NCBI GenBank assembly: GCA_012026655.1
Contig: JAAILG010001178.1
Coordinates: forward strand, 1 to 64,000
Direction: 5' to 3'
From: Hydrolagus affinis
Lineage: Eukaryota
Length of the DNA stretch: 64,000 nucleotides
A program made the position numbers and the translations under genes. This document shows, in pieces, positions 24,301-64,000 of the stretch. Numbering within the stretch: the stretch's first letter is position 1; the number at the start of each line of letters is the position of its first letter. The notes under the pieces were generated by a model that saw only the letters and a program-made list of their open reading frames with translations, did no database searches and had not been told where the DNA came from.

Positions 24301-26395
24301 ACCTGCAGGAACTGGCGCTCTGCTGCCCAGGAACTGCAGGTAAGCAGACATAAATTGTTAACGACCCAAAGAAATTGTCTGAAACTGAAAAAAAATTATC
24401 TGAGATGTCAAAGACAAGGGTTGACAGTCTAATAATATATAAAGCCCACCTCCAATTGTTTCTACCCATTCATTCTCTGCCTGTGTGTTCTGTACTTTTA
24501 GGAGCTTTTATCTGGAGGGTTGTGAGTTGCCAATGGAGCTGTATCTGTACTTACAGGAATCACACCCCCCCAAATCATTTACTGTTGTCCAAAGATGAGC
24601 TCTTTGAAGACTGATCTTTTGAAAATATTATATTGAGAAAATCAGCAGAAAGTACCTCCAGACAGTGAAATCTGCAAGCTGAGTAAAAGGATACGTGTAT
24701 TGGTAAAGTCCTGGCAGTGTTTGATATGAAATGATATGCAACCAATCTGCAACCAAAATAGTTAAAAATCAGACAACAGAAACTTTACAGACACCGTCCA
24801 CACACCTCAGACCTGGGCCCCAGAAATTATGTCCCTACCTCTTTGAGACACTTAGGTACAGACTCTACAAATTATGCTGTTCAGTAAGGTGTCAGGTTTG
24901 ATTATTGATCTGAGTTAGTTGCTTTTAGCTGGAGCAGTGGTGTGCGCGGGTTGTGTGTGTGTGTGTGTGTATTTCACCCACAAATACACAGTCAATTCCC
25001 TTCACAGTATACTCTGTGAAACTCTTTGAGACGTCTAAAGTTGTGTAAAGCGCTATATCAAATGCAAGGATTATTAGTATTATTATAATAAACGAATGTC
25101 CAAAAAAAAACTGGAGTCCATTATAATATGAATGACTCAACTCACCCATCATCCACGATTCTATAGTATCTATGGTTTGATATCTACAAGCTGCAGGAAT
25201 GAACTAACTTACTGGCTCATCTTCAGTTACAAGCTCGAAATCAGATGGGTTGAGAAACTCTGTATGTTCTTCCTCATCTTTCTTTAATTTGGAACTTCCC
25301 ATGAAGCTCTGCAATAAGAGTGAAATCTCAGCATGAGGGTAATGTATACATCGATTACAAAACCAGAATGAGCAATAATAACAACATCAAAATTACATTT
25401 GTATAGCGCCTTGCACATCAGGAGGATGTCCCATGGCAATGCATTGGAAAAATACCTATACAGTAGTTAAAATATTATTTTTGAACTTGTCTATGCTGAT
25501 ATTTATACTCCACATAAATCTCCACCCATACTCATCCCTTCTCTGTATCTCTCTCCTTCCCATACTTGTGTATTCCCTCCTCGCTTATGTTTTCTTTTGT
25601 ATTCAATGTTTTATGTTAGCTGATCTTATCCTGAGCAACAGTGGAGTGCTACTGGCTTCTGAGGAGATGCCTTAGGATTCTTGCTACTGAATGTTGTTAA
25701 GAGATCTGTGCTGGCAGTTTGCAGTCAAATGTTAAAATCCCACAATACTTTTTCAAGCTAAAATTCTAGTAAATAATTGTACTATGGAGTCCTGCAGCTG
25801 AGTGGTTAGAGCAGTTGCCTTGCAAGCAGGAGACCTGGGTACAACTCCAGGCAGGGCGAAACATTGGGCAAATTTCCTTACTCCACATGCCTGATAATAA
25901 ACTTGGCTGACACGTTTCGCCCAGAAATATACAGCCAATTCACTTTACAGTATATTCTGTGACATGCTTTAAGATGCCCAGAAATCGTGGAAAGCACTAT
26001 ATCAAATGCAAGGATTATTATTATTACTGATTAAAATGGTGATTGTGGACTGTGCTGTGGGCAAAATGGTGACATGCTTGCCTACAGTCAGTGCACATGA
26101 TAGGAATTGCCCATGAAGTTCTTTAAGGCATCTCAACATATAGGCATCGTATCAAATTGAATCACTTTGATAATAAATCTAGATTTACCTGGAGAAGTCC
26201 AGGTTGCTTGTCTTTGTTGGAGTAAGCTTTAGTGCTTGAAGACGCATTGACATTGGTTCTTCGAGATGAAGTTTCTGTGATTTTAGGCACTAGCCACTTG
26301 GAGCTTAATCTTTCATTGATGTCAGTTGTGCGGTTCTGTTGGGATGTGGTGGATACTGGAATTATATTTGCCAATTTCTCTCTGAATGGTAACAT
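2802..26395 (-). CDS. C2CD6: C2 calcium-dependent domain-containing protein 6 (ALS2CR11 / CatSper-tau); 15 coding exons, ~720 aa; 3' end uncertain
   Basis: Assembled exons give [14 protein letters not shown]...IRITIG..KCT...[29 protein letters not shown]...[24 protein letters not shown]...YPEFLPEEL, matching recalled human C2CD6 motifs (IKFDEVKYFSVQVPRR, FSYGNFGYGFSHQLK, YPAFL). Phases consistent throughout. Human C2CD6 and NBEAL1 are both on 2q33. Confidence 0.88.
3089..3168. repeat. 21-bp coding minisatellite (ctgctgacccacgtcttgaat, ~3.8 copies; degenerate units extend ~3020-3210)
   Basis: Directly visible tandem units starting at 3089, 3110, 3131, 3152. Confidence 0.95.
3413..3540 (-). 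mobile_element. SINE 3' half
   Basis: Same body and tail as full-length copies. Confidence 0.8.
4424..4603 (-). CDS. C2CD6: C2CD6 probable exon 14 ([10 protein letters not shown]...EFVKST)
   Basis: cacag acceptor, gtgagt donor, 180 nt open. Confidence 0.7.
4915..5400 (-). mobile_element. Old, degraded L2 fragment
   Basis: Remnants ETLI, S.LQV, LHWFSK..FKIL. Confidence 0.65.
5410..6950 (-). mobile_element. CR1-clade LINE 3' fragment (RT core and 3'UTR), frameshifted
   Basis: [35 protein letters not shown]; 3' end ggcctactcctgctcctaattcttacgttcttatgt. Confidence 0.93.
7298..7602 (-). mobile_element. tRNA-derived SINE (full length)
   Basis: ggagtcctgtagctcagtggttagagc head through (ATT)n tail. 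Confidence 0.9.
7922..8113 (-). CDS. C2CD6: C2CD6 probable exon 13 ([16 protein letters not shown]...ANTYS)
   Basis: ttgcag acceptor, gtaagt donor, 192 nt open. Confidence 0.7.
8820..9265 (+). mobile_element. L2 3' fragment (older subfamily)
   Basis: [17 protein letters not shown]; tail gctatataaatgcaagttg. Confidence 0.8.
9314..9345 (-). CDS. C2CD6: C2CD6 probable micro-exon 12 ([11 protein letters not shown])
   Basis: Pyrimidine-rich acceptor, ATG|gtatgt donor, 32 nt, phase 1 to 0 restores the frame. Confidence 0.55.
9412..9668 (+). mobile_element. SINE 3' part with internal tandem duplication (atatactttaca x3)
   Basis: SINE body and tail match. Confidence 0.82.
10620..12032 (+). mobile_element. 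CR1-clade LINE 3' fragment with internal deletion of the RT core at ~11315
   Basis: [20 protein letters not shown] joined directly to VQRDLGV..., [13 protein letters not shown]1 3' end. Confidence 0.92.
12638..12698 (-). CDS. C2CD6: C2CD6 probable exon 11 ([20 protein letters not shown])
   Basis: Strong acceptor, CAG|gtacat donor, phase 0 to 1; no homology support. Confidence 0.55.
13303..13435 (-). CDS. C2CD6: C2CD6 exon 10 ([28 protein letters not shown]...KTSQ)
   Basis: tttcag acceptor; helical segment resembling recalled human RLEKMKKEY...NYLE; donor probably CAG|gcaaga. Confidence 0.75.
13852..14153 (-). mobile_element. tRNA-derived SINE
   Basis: Head, body and tail match. Confidence 0.87.
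14160..14690 (-). mobile_element. L2 ORF2 endonuclease-region fragment
   Basis: LILGDFNLH and [13 protein letters not shown] (APE endonuclease motifs). Confidence 0.75.
14826..15210 (+). mobile_element. L2 RT fragment
   Basis: [22 protein letters not shown]. Confidence 0.75.
15794..15970 (-). CDS. C2CD6: C2CD6 exon 9 ([23 protein letters not shown]...HSRK)
   Basis: ctcttatatag acceptor, GC donor AAG|gcaagt, phase 2 to 2. Confidence 0.83.
16340..16650 (+). mobile_element. tRNA-derived SINE (full length)
   Basis: Head, body and tail match. Confidence 0.9.
17110..17201 (-). CDS. C2CD6: C2CD6 exon 8 ([30 protein letters not shown])
   Basis: AG acceptor, gtaagt donor, 92 nt, phase 0 to 2. Confidence 0.87.
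17415..17800 (-). mobile_element. L2 RT fragment
   Basis: [31 protein letters not shown]. Confidence 0.88.
18549..19412 (-). mobile_element. Young CpG-rich L2 3' fragment
   Basis: [42 protein letters not shown]; (GTT)n tail. Confidence 0.92.
19616..19684 (-). CDS. C2CD6: C2CD6 exon 7 ([23 protein letters not shown])
   Basis: tttcag acceptor, gtatgt donor, 69 nt; family-typical YGxFGYxFSHQ motif. Confidence 0.92.
20070..20114 (-). CDS. C2CD6: C2CD6 exon 6 ([15 protein letters not shown])
   Basis: tttcag acceptor, gtaagt donor, 45 nt. Confidence 0.85.
20210..21545 (-). mobile_element. CR1 3' fragment interrupted by a ~500-bp insertion (20367-20855)
   Basis: [31 protein letters not shown]1 3'UTR at 20210-20350. 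Confidence 0.82.
21889..22011 (-). CDS. C2CD6: C2CD6 exon 5 ([41 protein letters not shown])
   Basis: AG/GT sites, 123 nt. Confidence 0.9.
22025..22895 (-). mobile_element. L2 3' fragment
   Basis: [21 protein letters not shown]; (GTT)n tail. Confidence 0.87.
23050..23510 (+). mobile_element. CR1 3' end
   Basis: 3'UTR with ggcctccttctgtgctgta and (ttctatga)n tail. Confidence 0.82.
23559..23710 (-). CDS. C2CD6: C2CD6 exon 4 ([21 protein letters not shown]...[12 protein letters not shown])
   Basis: 152 nt, phase 1 to 0, CAG|gtatag donor. Confidence 0.88.
23711..24694 (-). other. U12-type (minor spliceosome) GT-AG intron of C2CD6
   Basis: 5'ss GTATCCTTTT matches RTATCCTTT; branch-site-like TTTTCTTTAAG ~17 nt before the AG; this junction restores a gap-free C2 alignment. 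Confidence 0.8.
24695..24746 (-). CDS. C2CD6: C2CD6 exon 3, start of C2 domain ([17 protein letters not shown])
   Basis: ttgcag acceptor, U12-type donor GTATCCTTTT, 52 nt. Confidence 0.85.
25213..25308 (-). CDS. C2CD6: C2CD6 exon 2 ([32 protein letters not shown])
   Basis: ttgcag acceptor, gtaagt donor, 96 nt. Confidence 0.75.
25786..26026 (+). mobile_element. tRNA-derived SINE (internally deleted)
   Basis: Head and tail match. Confidence 0.82.
26189..26395 (-). CDS. C2CD6: C2CD6 probable first coding exon ([10 protein letters not shown]...GLLQ)
   Basis: ATG in AAAATG context, CAG|gtaaat donor, 69 codons. Confidence 0.65.
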
Positions 26396-26605
26396 TTTGT
26401 TTTATTAATCCTGCAGGATTACTCCTGGCTGCTACCTGGTAGGTTCAGGTTTGGCATTCCAATTGAATGATCACATGAGAGGCTAAACTTTCAAATTGTT
26501 AGTGGCTGAGAGATGCGCTGCTGATGCAAATATTTCCTTGTTCACGTAGACAATGGTTAATCAAGGAAGTCCATTGATCGTCAGAAGATTGTCAGCATTA
26601 TCTCT

Positions 26606-26725
26606 CAGCTAACAACGGCGAGCCTAACCGTTCAACATTTCCAATACCAGCCTTTCTTCATCTTAAACAGTTGGTTGTTGTGTTTTGAACTGAAGCCGTT
26701 AGCAACACAACTCACCAGTTGCATC
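26606..26725. promoter_or_regulatory. Candidate germ-cell promoter motifs upstream of C2CD6 (MYB YAACKG cluster plus RFX half-site)
   Basis: CAACGG 26613, AACCGTT 26626, CAGTTG 26668 and 26716, CCGTTAGCAAC 26696-26706; 200-330 nt upstream of the ATG. Confidence 0.4.
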
Positions 26726-27379
26726 ATAATCATTTAGAACTCCTTGCTCAGAGAGAATGCATTACTTTCAGCACTTATCATACAATATTAAGAGGGAATG
26801 GTGGGGGCTCCTGGATTTAGCAAGGGTTCATTTCTTCCAGACCAGCTCATGTACCATGATGCTGAAACCTGTCAAAATATTGCAAGCATAATGTTCATTA
26901 GGTATTAAATTTATTATTTAAATCTAAAACTGAAGCTCCTGATTGACACCTGTCAGCACCTTGTTGTAAATTATAATCTGTAGAATGTAACCCATTACAC
27001 GTATAAGTGATCAGGATTGGCTCAAAGAAGGACAACCAACAACAAAGTATCAAAACTGCAATTCGCCTAATTGTTTAATGATTAAAAACCACAAAGTGGC
27101 TGTATAATAAATCCTAATAAGGACAAGGAGAAGGAGGAAGTAAGACTGCATAAAAAGTACTTGGCAAACACTCAAGAGGGCAGATGAGACTCCGGGGAAT
27201 TACTTGCGGAGAATAATTTCATCACCAACAAGAAAAGACAACTTACAGCCTAACCTAATCACTTAAGAGTCGTGTGGGTATTGTATGATCTCTTACATTC
27301 CTTATTATCTACCTCTCTCTTATTAAATGAATTTATGCAATGAAGACTTAAGTTTGTATAATATGTTCACAAGACAGTA

Positions 27380-27885
27380 GATGTTCAGTTTGTGCAACAA
27401 CCTCCACACCTCAGGTGCTGATACCATCACCATCCATGGATGCACACTCCATCTCACTAAGCCAGTCTGGAACCTTGACTTCTTATTCGACCCTCAACTA
27501 TCCCTTCTTTTCTTTTGACCGCACCTTTGGTCACCATTTTGCCCCTGTCCATCCATGGTTCGGGCCTGGGATCTGTTATTGTGAAGCACTCTGAGATGCC
27601 GTCCGGCGTGGAGGGCGCTACATAAACCGAAGTTGTTGTTGTTTCTACTCCACATCTGTGCCATGACCTGTTCTGCTCTACCCCACCTCTGCCAGCTTGC
27701 CCGGCTCCGCCATTCATAAACTCCAAGCTTGACTATACAAACTCCATGCTTGTAGGCCTCCCTAACTCCTCCATCCACAAGCTGCAGATCATCCAGAAGT
27801 TTGCAGCCCATGTCCTCTCCCACATTAAGCTCTGTGACCATGTCACCCCCACCCTAGCCCAACTCAACTGGCTTCCCATCACACA
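27380..27885 (+). mobile_element. L2 fragments (one 3' end nested in another)
   Basis: SKLDYTNS, KLQIIQK; internal tail at ~27630. Confidence 0.75.
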
Positions 27886-27889
27886 GGTT

Positions 27890-28120
27890 ACCACCTTTCA
27901 ATGAGACATTGTACTAAAGTCCTAGCTGCCTGTTCGAGTGGATGTCAAAGATCCCATGCCAATATTTAAAAAGGGGAGTGTTTCTATCATCAATTCTCCA
28001 GTTCCCATTCACTTCATAGTATACTGACATGAATAGCTGCAGTGTCTTAGCCACTTCATTCGATAGTGATTGTGTAAGCAGTGCTTTTGAGATGTTCCAA
28101 TGTGACAAGATGCTATAAAT
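27890..28120 (+). mobile_element. Ancient DeuSINE-like element
   Basis: Deu-domain-like core tgcctgttcgagtggatgtcaaagatcccatgcc; similar copies at ~41275-41550 (+), ~45890-46280 (-), ~52800-53040 (+). Confidence 0.6.
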
Positions 28121-28157
28121 TAAACATTATGAATAAAAAACATTATTTTCAAAACAA

Positions 28158-28163
28158 TTTATT
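28158..28163 (-). terminator. Polyadenylation signal AATAAA (distal NBEAL1 site)
   Basis: tttatt on + strand; upstream UGUA elements, downstream U-rich tract, then TE sequence. Confidence 0.6.
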
Positions 28164-29069
28164 CTGGTGCAAAAATGTTGCTATAATCTTCAATGTGTTA
28201 ATATTTACACAACACAAATACCACACCCATTATTCCATTCATTTTTGCTGCCTTAGGTCTCATTGGTCTTGTATACAAAGCAGATCTAATAATTTATTAT
28301 GTACAGGTAATGTGTACAACAGTTTTTAAATTTTACAATTTGCAGTATTTGAAAAGTGCTAAAAGTCTCACCTTTCAACGACCACACTATACATATAAAA
28401 CAATCAGAAAAATGTACAAACATTGAAGTGAGCTGTTAAATTATAGAACAATCTAAAACCATCAGGAGCATCACCTCTGGGGCACTGCAGACAGTGGCTG
28501 GGAACATGCAGCAGATGTCTAACCCAACCAGTAATCAATATTTCACATAGTAAACTTGCACAAATTAGGGAAAAAATGAAGACTTTGAAAGTACACATTT
28601 GGCATAAAATACCCTTCTCCCACAACAAAATAGAAACGCACAACAAAATAGAAACGCACATAAGAAGTTTTTAAAAAAAAGTTATTTGCGAAACAAAACC
28701 ATAATATTTCTGAATATTTCCGTCATATTTAGTACTGTATATTGCGTTGAACAGTGTCTTAAATTACATTTACAGCTTTCATAGATTAATTCATAATAAT
28801 TATGAGACAGCTAACAAACACCCTGCTATTCCCCATACATTCTAACAAACATGGGAGTTCGGATTACGATTTGTTGCTTTATAGACGAGATTTGGTTTTG
28901 AGTTGAGTCACAATTTGTTGTCAGCATTTAAACAAAGGAAATACCCCAAACTGGATTATAGTATTCAATGTGATTAGTCTGGTATTGTAATTCTAAATTA
29001 TTTATTGTATATTTTCAGTTGAATGGAGTAAACTTAACACAACCTCCTACTTTAAAATGCCATAACCAG

Positions 29070-29335
29070 TGGAGTGCTGAAGTGCAGTAATTAGAGCACT
29101 CGCCTCAGAAGTGAGAGACCTGGGTTCAATTCCAGGCAGGCCAAAACCGTGGGCAAGTTTCCTTACTCTACACGCCTATTAATAATTCCTTAAAAAAAAA
29201 TTGCTCACTGTTTGTGGGACACTGCATGCGCAATTGGTTACCGCATTTCACCCACAAATATAGTCAATTCACTTTATAGTGTATTCTGTGAAGCACTTTG
29301 AGATGTCTATATCAAATGCAAGAATTATTATTATG
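29070..29335 (+). mobile_element. tRNA-derived SINE within the putative NBEAL1 3'UTR (antisense)
   Basis: Head, body and tail match. Confidence 0.82.
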
Positions 29336-32027
29336 AATTTGGTCCCCAAAAGCTTGATATATCCTCAACTGCATGAATCTACTGTAAGAAATAGGTTCAG
29401 AGCATTGGTTCCTGTAGATTTACAGGAATCCCATCATATAACATATTCTCATTAACTGCTCATATCACACAGCAACCCAAACCTATGTCATGTTATGATT
29501 CCAGATAAACAAACAGATGTGGATGTTACTTGTGGGGAATTCGTTACAATGGCTGCTGTATTTACTTGCTCTGGCAATGAAACGGGAATACTTTGTCCAC
29601 CATTGACACATTCCCATAGTGGCCTTTCAAGCAAGATTAATTTGACTCAAATTGACTCAACTACAAGAATTAAAACACTGCAGATAGATTATTCTTAGAT
29701 TTTGAGCCCATTTTACACACGATAGGTAAAATCGAAAGATAGCGACACAAGAGCGTTGAGTGGATTAACTAGCTCCTTGTAGTTAAGGATTTCAGTGGAA
29801 ACATCAGTGACTTCAAAAAGACTTCTTGCTAATTTATTAAATAAATCTGTCAAACAATATTGCAATGTAATCAAAGTCTATCATTTTAGTTAGGAAATGG
29901 TGCCCAGGTATGAATGAAAACAGTTATTACATTTACCTTCCAGCTGTATTGAGGTGAGAAGAATGGGAATATAACCGTTTAAGGAAATGCATTAGTATTG
30001 CACACATTGAAAACCTCTCTCTAAATAATATGTGATGCTTACTTATATAACAGTATACAAAGTTAGCCACCCTGGATTTTCAAATGAAGGGATTGCTTGA
30101 TGCCAATGCAAGGGAAGGTTGGAGAATTCCAAATCAGGATCATCCCTGGTTTCTCTAAAAACATTCTCTAACAAATGTTTAATGCATAAACAACTGAAAA
30201 TCTCCCAATCAAATTGAGTTAGCTTTTTTTAAAAAACAATTAACAGGCAATGTATTTTTCATTCCAGTAAAAAAGTTTCTCTTGAATAGAGTACAGCTGG
30301 CATCTCTGTCATCAACTAATAGGTCTGGGATCTGCCGTTTCAGATTCAGGTAAGGGGGGTGGTATAATTGTTCTGCAATGAATGACTAACTTTTCCTGGA
30401 TCAACACAGGAAAGCACCTTCAGTGAATCTCTAATTGACTGCAGCACTTGCATTTCAAAAGAGAAAGTGGAATAAACAGTTGGTATGTTGCAAAAACAAA
30501 AGGTCTAAGGCCTCCCAAAAGGTTGAAGTCCTCTACTTCAAATAAAATAAATGAGTTACTAGATAGTGCAACCTTCCAGTGTATGAGAATTTCATCTTCT
30601 GGCTTTGAGATGGAAAGGCTGCCAACCTTTTCTTTAGGTTCTCCCTATGGGTGGTGGGTTTGGTTTACCTCTAAATAACATTTTATAGGGCCTTACCTAA
30701 AAGGTAGTGCTTGTGATGCATCAGGAAAGATATGACCTTTGGTTTAACCTTACACTTTTTCTCACTCTTTCTATCCCTCTACAAGCTGGCTGTTTCACAC
30801 AATCCTTTCCATATGTCAACCTACGGAGGGCTCTAAACATGCCACTCGCCAAAGTCTAGGAATTATGCTTGGATACTGACCAACAGGAAAAGATTCTCAG
30901 TTCTGATGGACCAGTGGGCAAAACACACAAACTTTTACACACAGAATTTTATTCTGCACTCGGAATTGTATGGTGGTGGGAGAGGGAATGAGAAGGAAAA
31001 TAAATCAGACACAAACCTCTAGAAGTTTCCTTCTCCTAGCAGCTATGAAAGCAATGTACATTTCAGGTAAATTGGTAATATGAAGGAAAAAATAAAAGTT
31101 TAAATAAGTTTCATTTCTATAAATTATGCTCACAATATAAAGTGCACATAGAAAAACAGAACATGCGAAGAAGAGCCTAACTCATTCAGATTTGTATGAT
31201 TGTCAGACTGCTATACGTGAGATGCTACACAATGGATTTAAACATTATATCATCAATGTGAACTACTATTCTAAATTTCTAATGATTTAAAAAGTTTTGT
31301 GGGGGGCTGGCGGTGGGTGGAGGAGGAGCAAACCATGTGCCGATATGGGTTTACTGTGACATTCCAAGTGTGTGGCAATTGAGGCCTTTATTTCTCTCCA
31401 TTCTGAGGTGAAGCCATTGCACGGAATAAAACACTTATCACCTGAGCTTTCAACATCCACACCTGGTATGTAGTGCCTCACCATCCTTCAGAGATTCCTG
31501 ATGAGACTCTGCATCATCTTCTCAAGAAAAACAGGTGAGATGAACTCTCCATTCAAGTATCGGTTAAGTATATAGCGGTTACTGCTGCCCTCAAAGACTC
31601 CATGATAATCATAACGCTGGGACATTTAAAAATAAAATGTCAACATAATGGATTCAACGCCTTTGGGCTTCCACCCGAGAGAAACGCGCTGTGTAAATGC
31701 AATTTGTTGTTAATAATTTATTTTAAATGGTCCTCAAAATGCTGGGGTGGGCAAGTTTAAAAAAAGCTAAATGAAGCAAGATAAAAACATTTTGATACTT
31801 AAATTTTTTTTGTCTTTTTGGCTGTACAATATGGGTCCATTCATATCCACCATAGGAGAAAGTCTCCAGAGGAAAAGTTCCATTGAAACACAATGTGTTA
31901 CATGATCAGAAATCAACAGTCAGATTTGCTACACAGCTTCATTTAGGTAGCAATGTGAGTAAAAACAAGAAGAAACCAGCAACAGTGTCCAGTGAGCCGT
32001 AGGCTTTCCTTCACTCCTCCAGTTCCA

Positions 32028-63531
<31,504 letters not shown>

Positions 63532-64000
63532 TCATGTCTTCTAGATGTCTAAAGCATTCACGGAATATACTGTAGTGAATTGACTGTATATTTGTGGGCA
63601 AAACAGTCGTGAATTGAGATGACCAATTTATTATTGTTTGCAAGCAAGAGAAACCTGGCCCACACAGTTGGTTATTTGCGCACCATACTGAAGATATGGT
63701 AGTTTACACAGGACCACAGGAAAAGTTTGTTTTGAGTGAAGATGTTTCAATCCATTTAACCTCATTGTTCCAGAATAACCAGCCTGTTATCTTCCCATGA
63801 CCACCTCAGGCCACTCGTCAAATGTGTCCAACATCCTGGCATCAACCCATATTCCATCTTAAATACTTGCAGTGTAAACAACAACAACAACAAAATTACA
63901 CTTGCATAGCACCTTTCACATCAGGAGGACGTCCCAGAAGAAATACTACCTGTTCTAAAATTACCCTTTATAACCCTAAACCTGTGTCCATTTGACCTAC

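Larger units (their letters stand above)
28140..32027 (-). other. NBEAL1: Putative long NBEAL1 3'UTR (~3.9 kb, AU-rich, TE-poor)
   Basis: Follows the stop codon, few repeats, ends at an AATAAA followed by U-rich sequence. Confidence 0.6.

Noticed and set aside
24555-24615. Possible extra C2CD6 exon ending in T|gtaagt
   Set aside because: Weak acceptor, stops in two of three frames, no similarity to the C2 domain, and not needed for the reading frame.

Overview
Vertebrate genomic DNA. The CR1/L2 LINEs, tRNA-derived SINEs and DeuSINE-like copies suggest a cartilaginous fish, possibly a chimaera (inference). Two minus-strand, multi-exon genes lie in tandem. (1) The 3' ~60% of NBEAL1 (neurobeachin-like 1): 33 coding exons from 63481 to the stop at 32028, ~1660 aa covering ARM-like, DUF4800, PH, BEACH and WD40 regions, with a ~3.9 kb 3'UTR ending near 28140. 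(2) C2CD6/ALS2CR11 (CatSper-tau, the C2-domain subunit of the sperm CatSper channel): 15 exons assembled by hand from the ATG at 26395 to ~2802, ~720 aa; most of these exons are missing from the ORF track. C2CD6 holds the most interesting signals: a U12-type (minor spliceosome) intron inside the C2 domain, a phase-compatible palindromic micro-exon and an in-frame U2 bypass acceptor inside that intron, two consecutive GC-AG introns, a 21-bp coding minisatellite giving a tandem RRGS (PKA-consensus) array, and a MYB/RFX motif cluster upstream. The rest is intronic and rich in decayed transposons. Most listed ORFs are TE debris or antisense shadows. Exon coordinates were checked for splice signals and phase continuity; TE boundaries are approximate, and orthology calls rest on recalled human sequences, not database searches.
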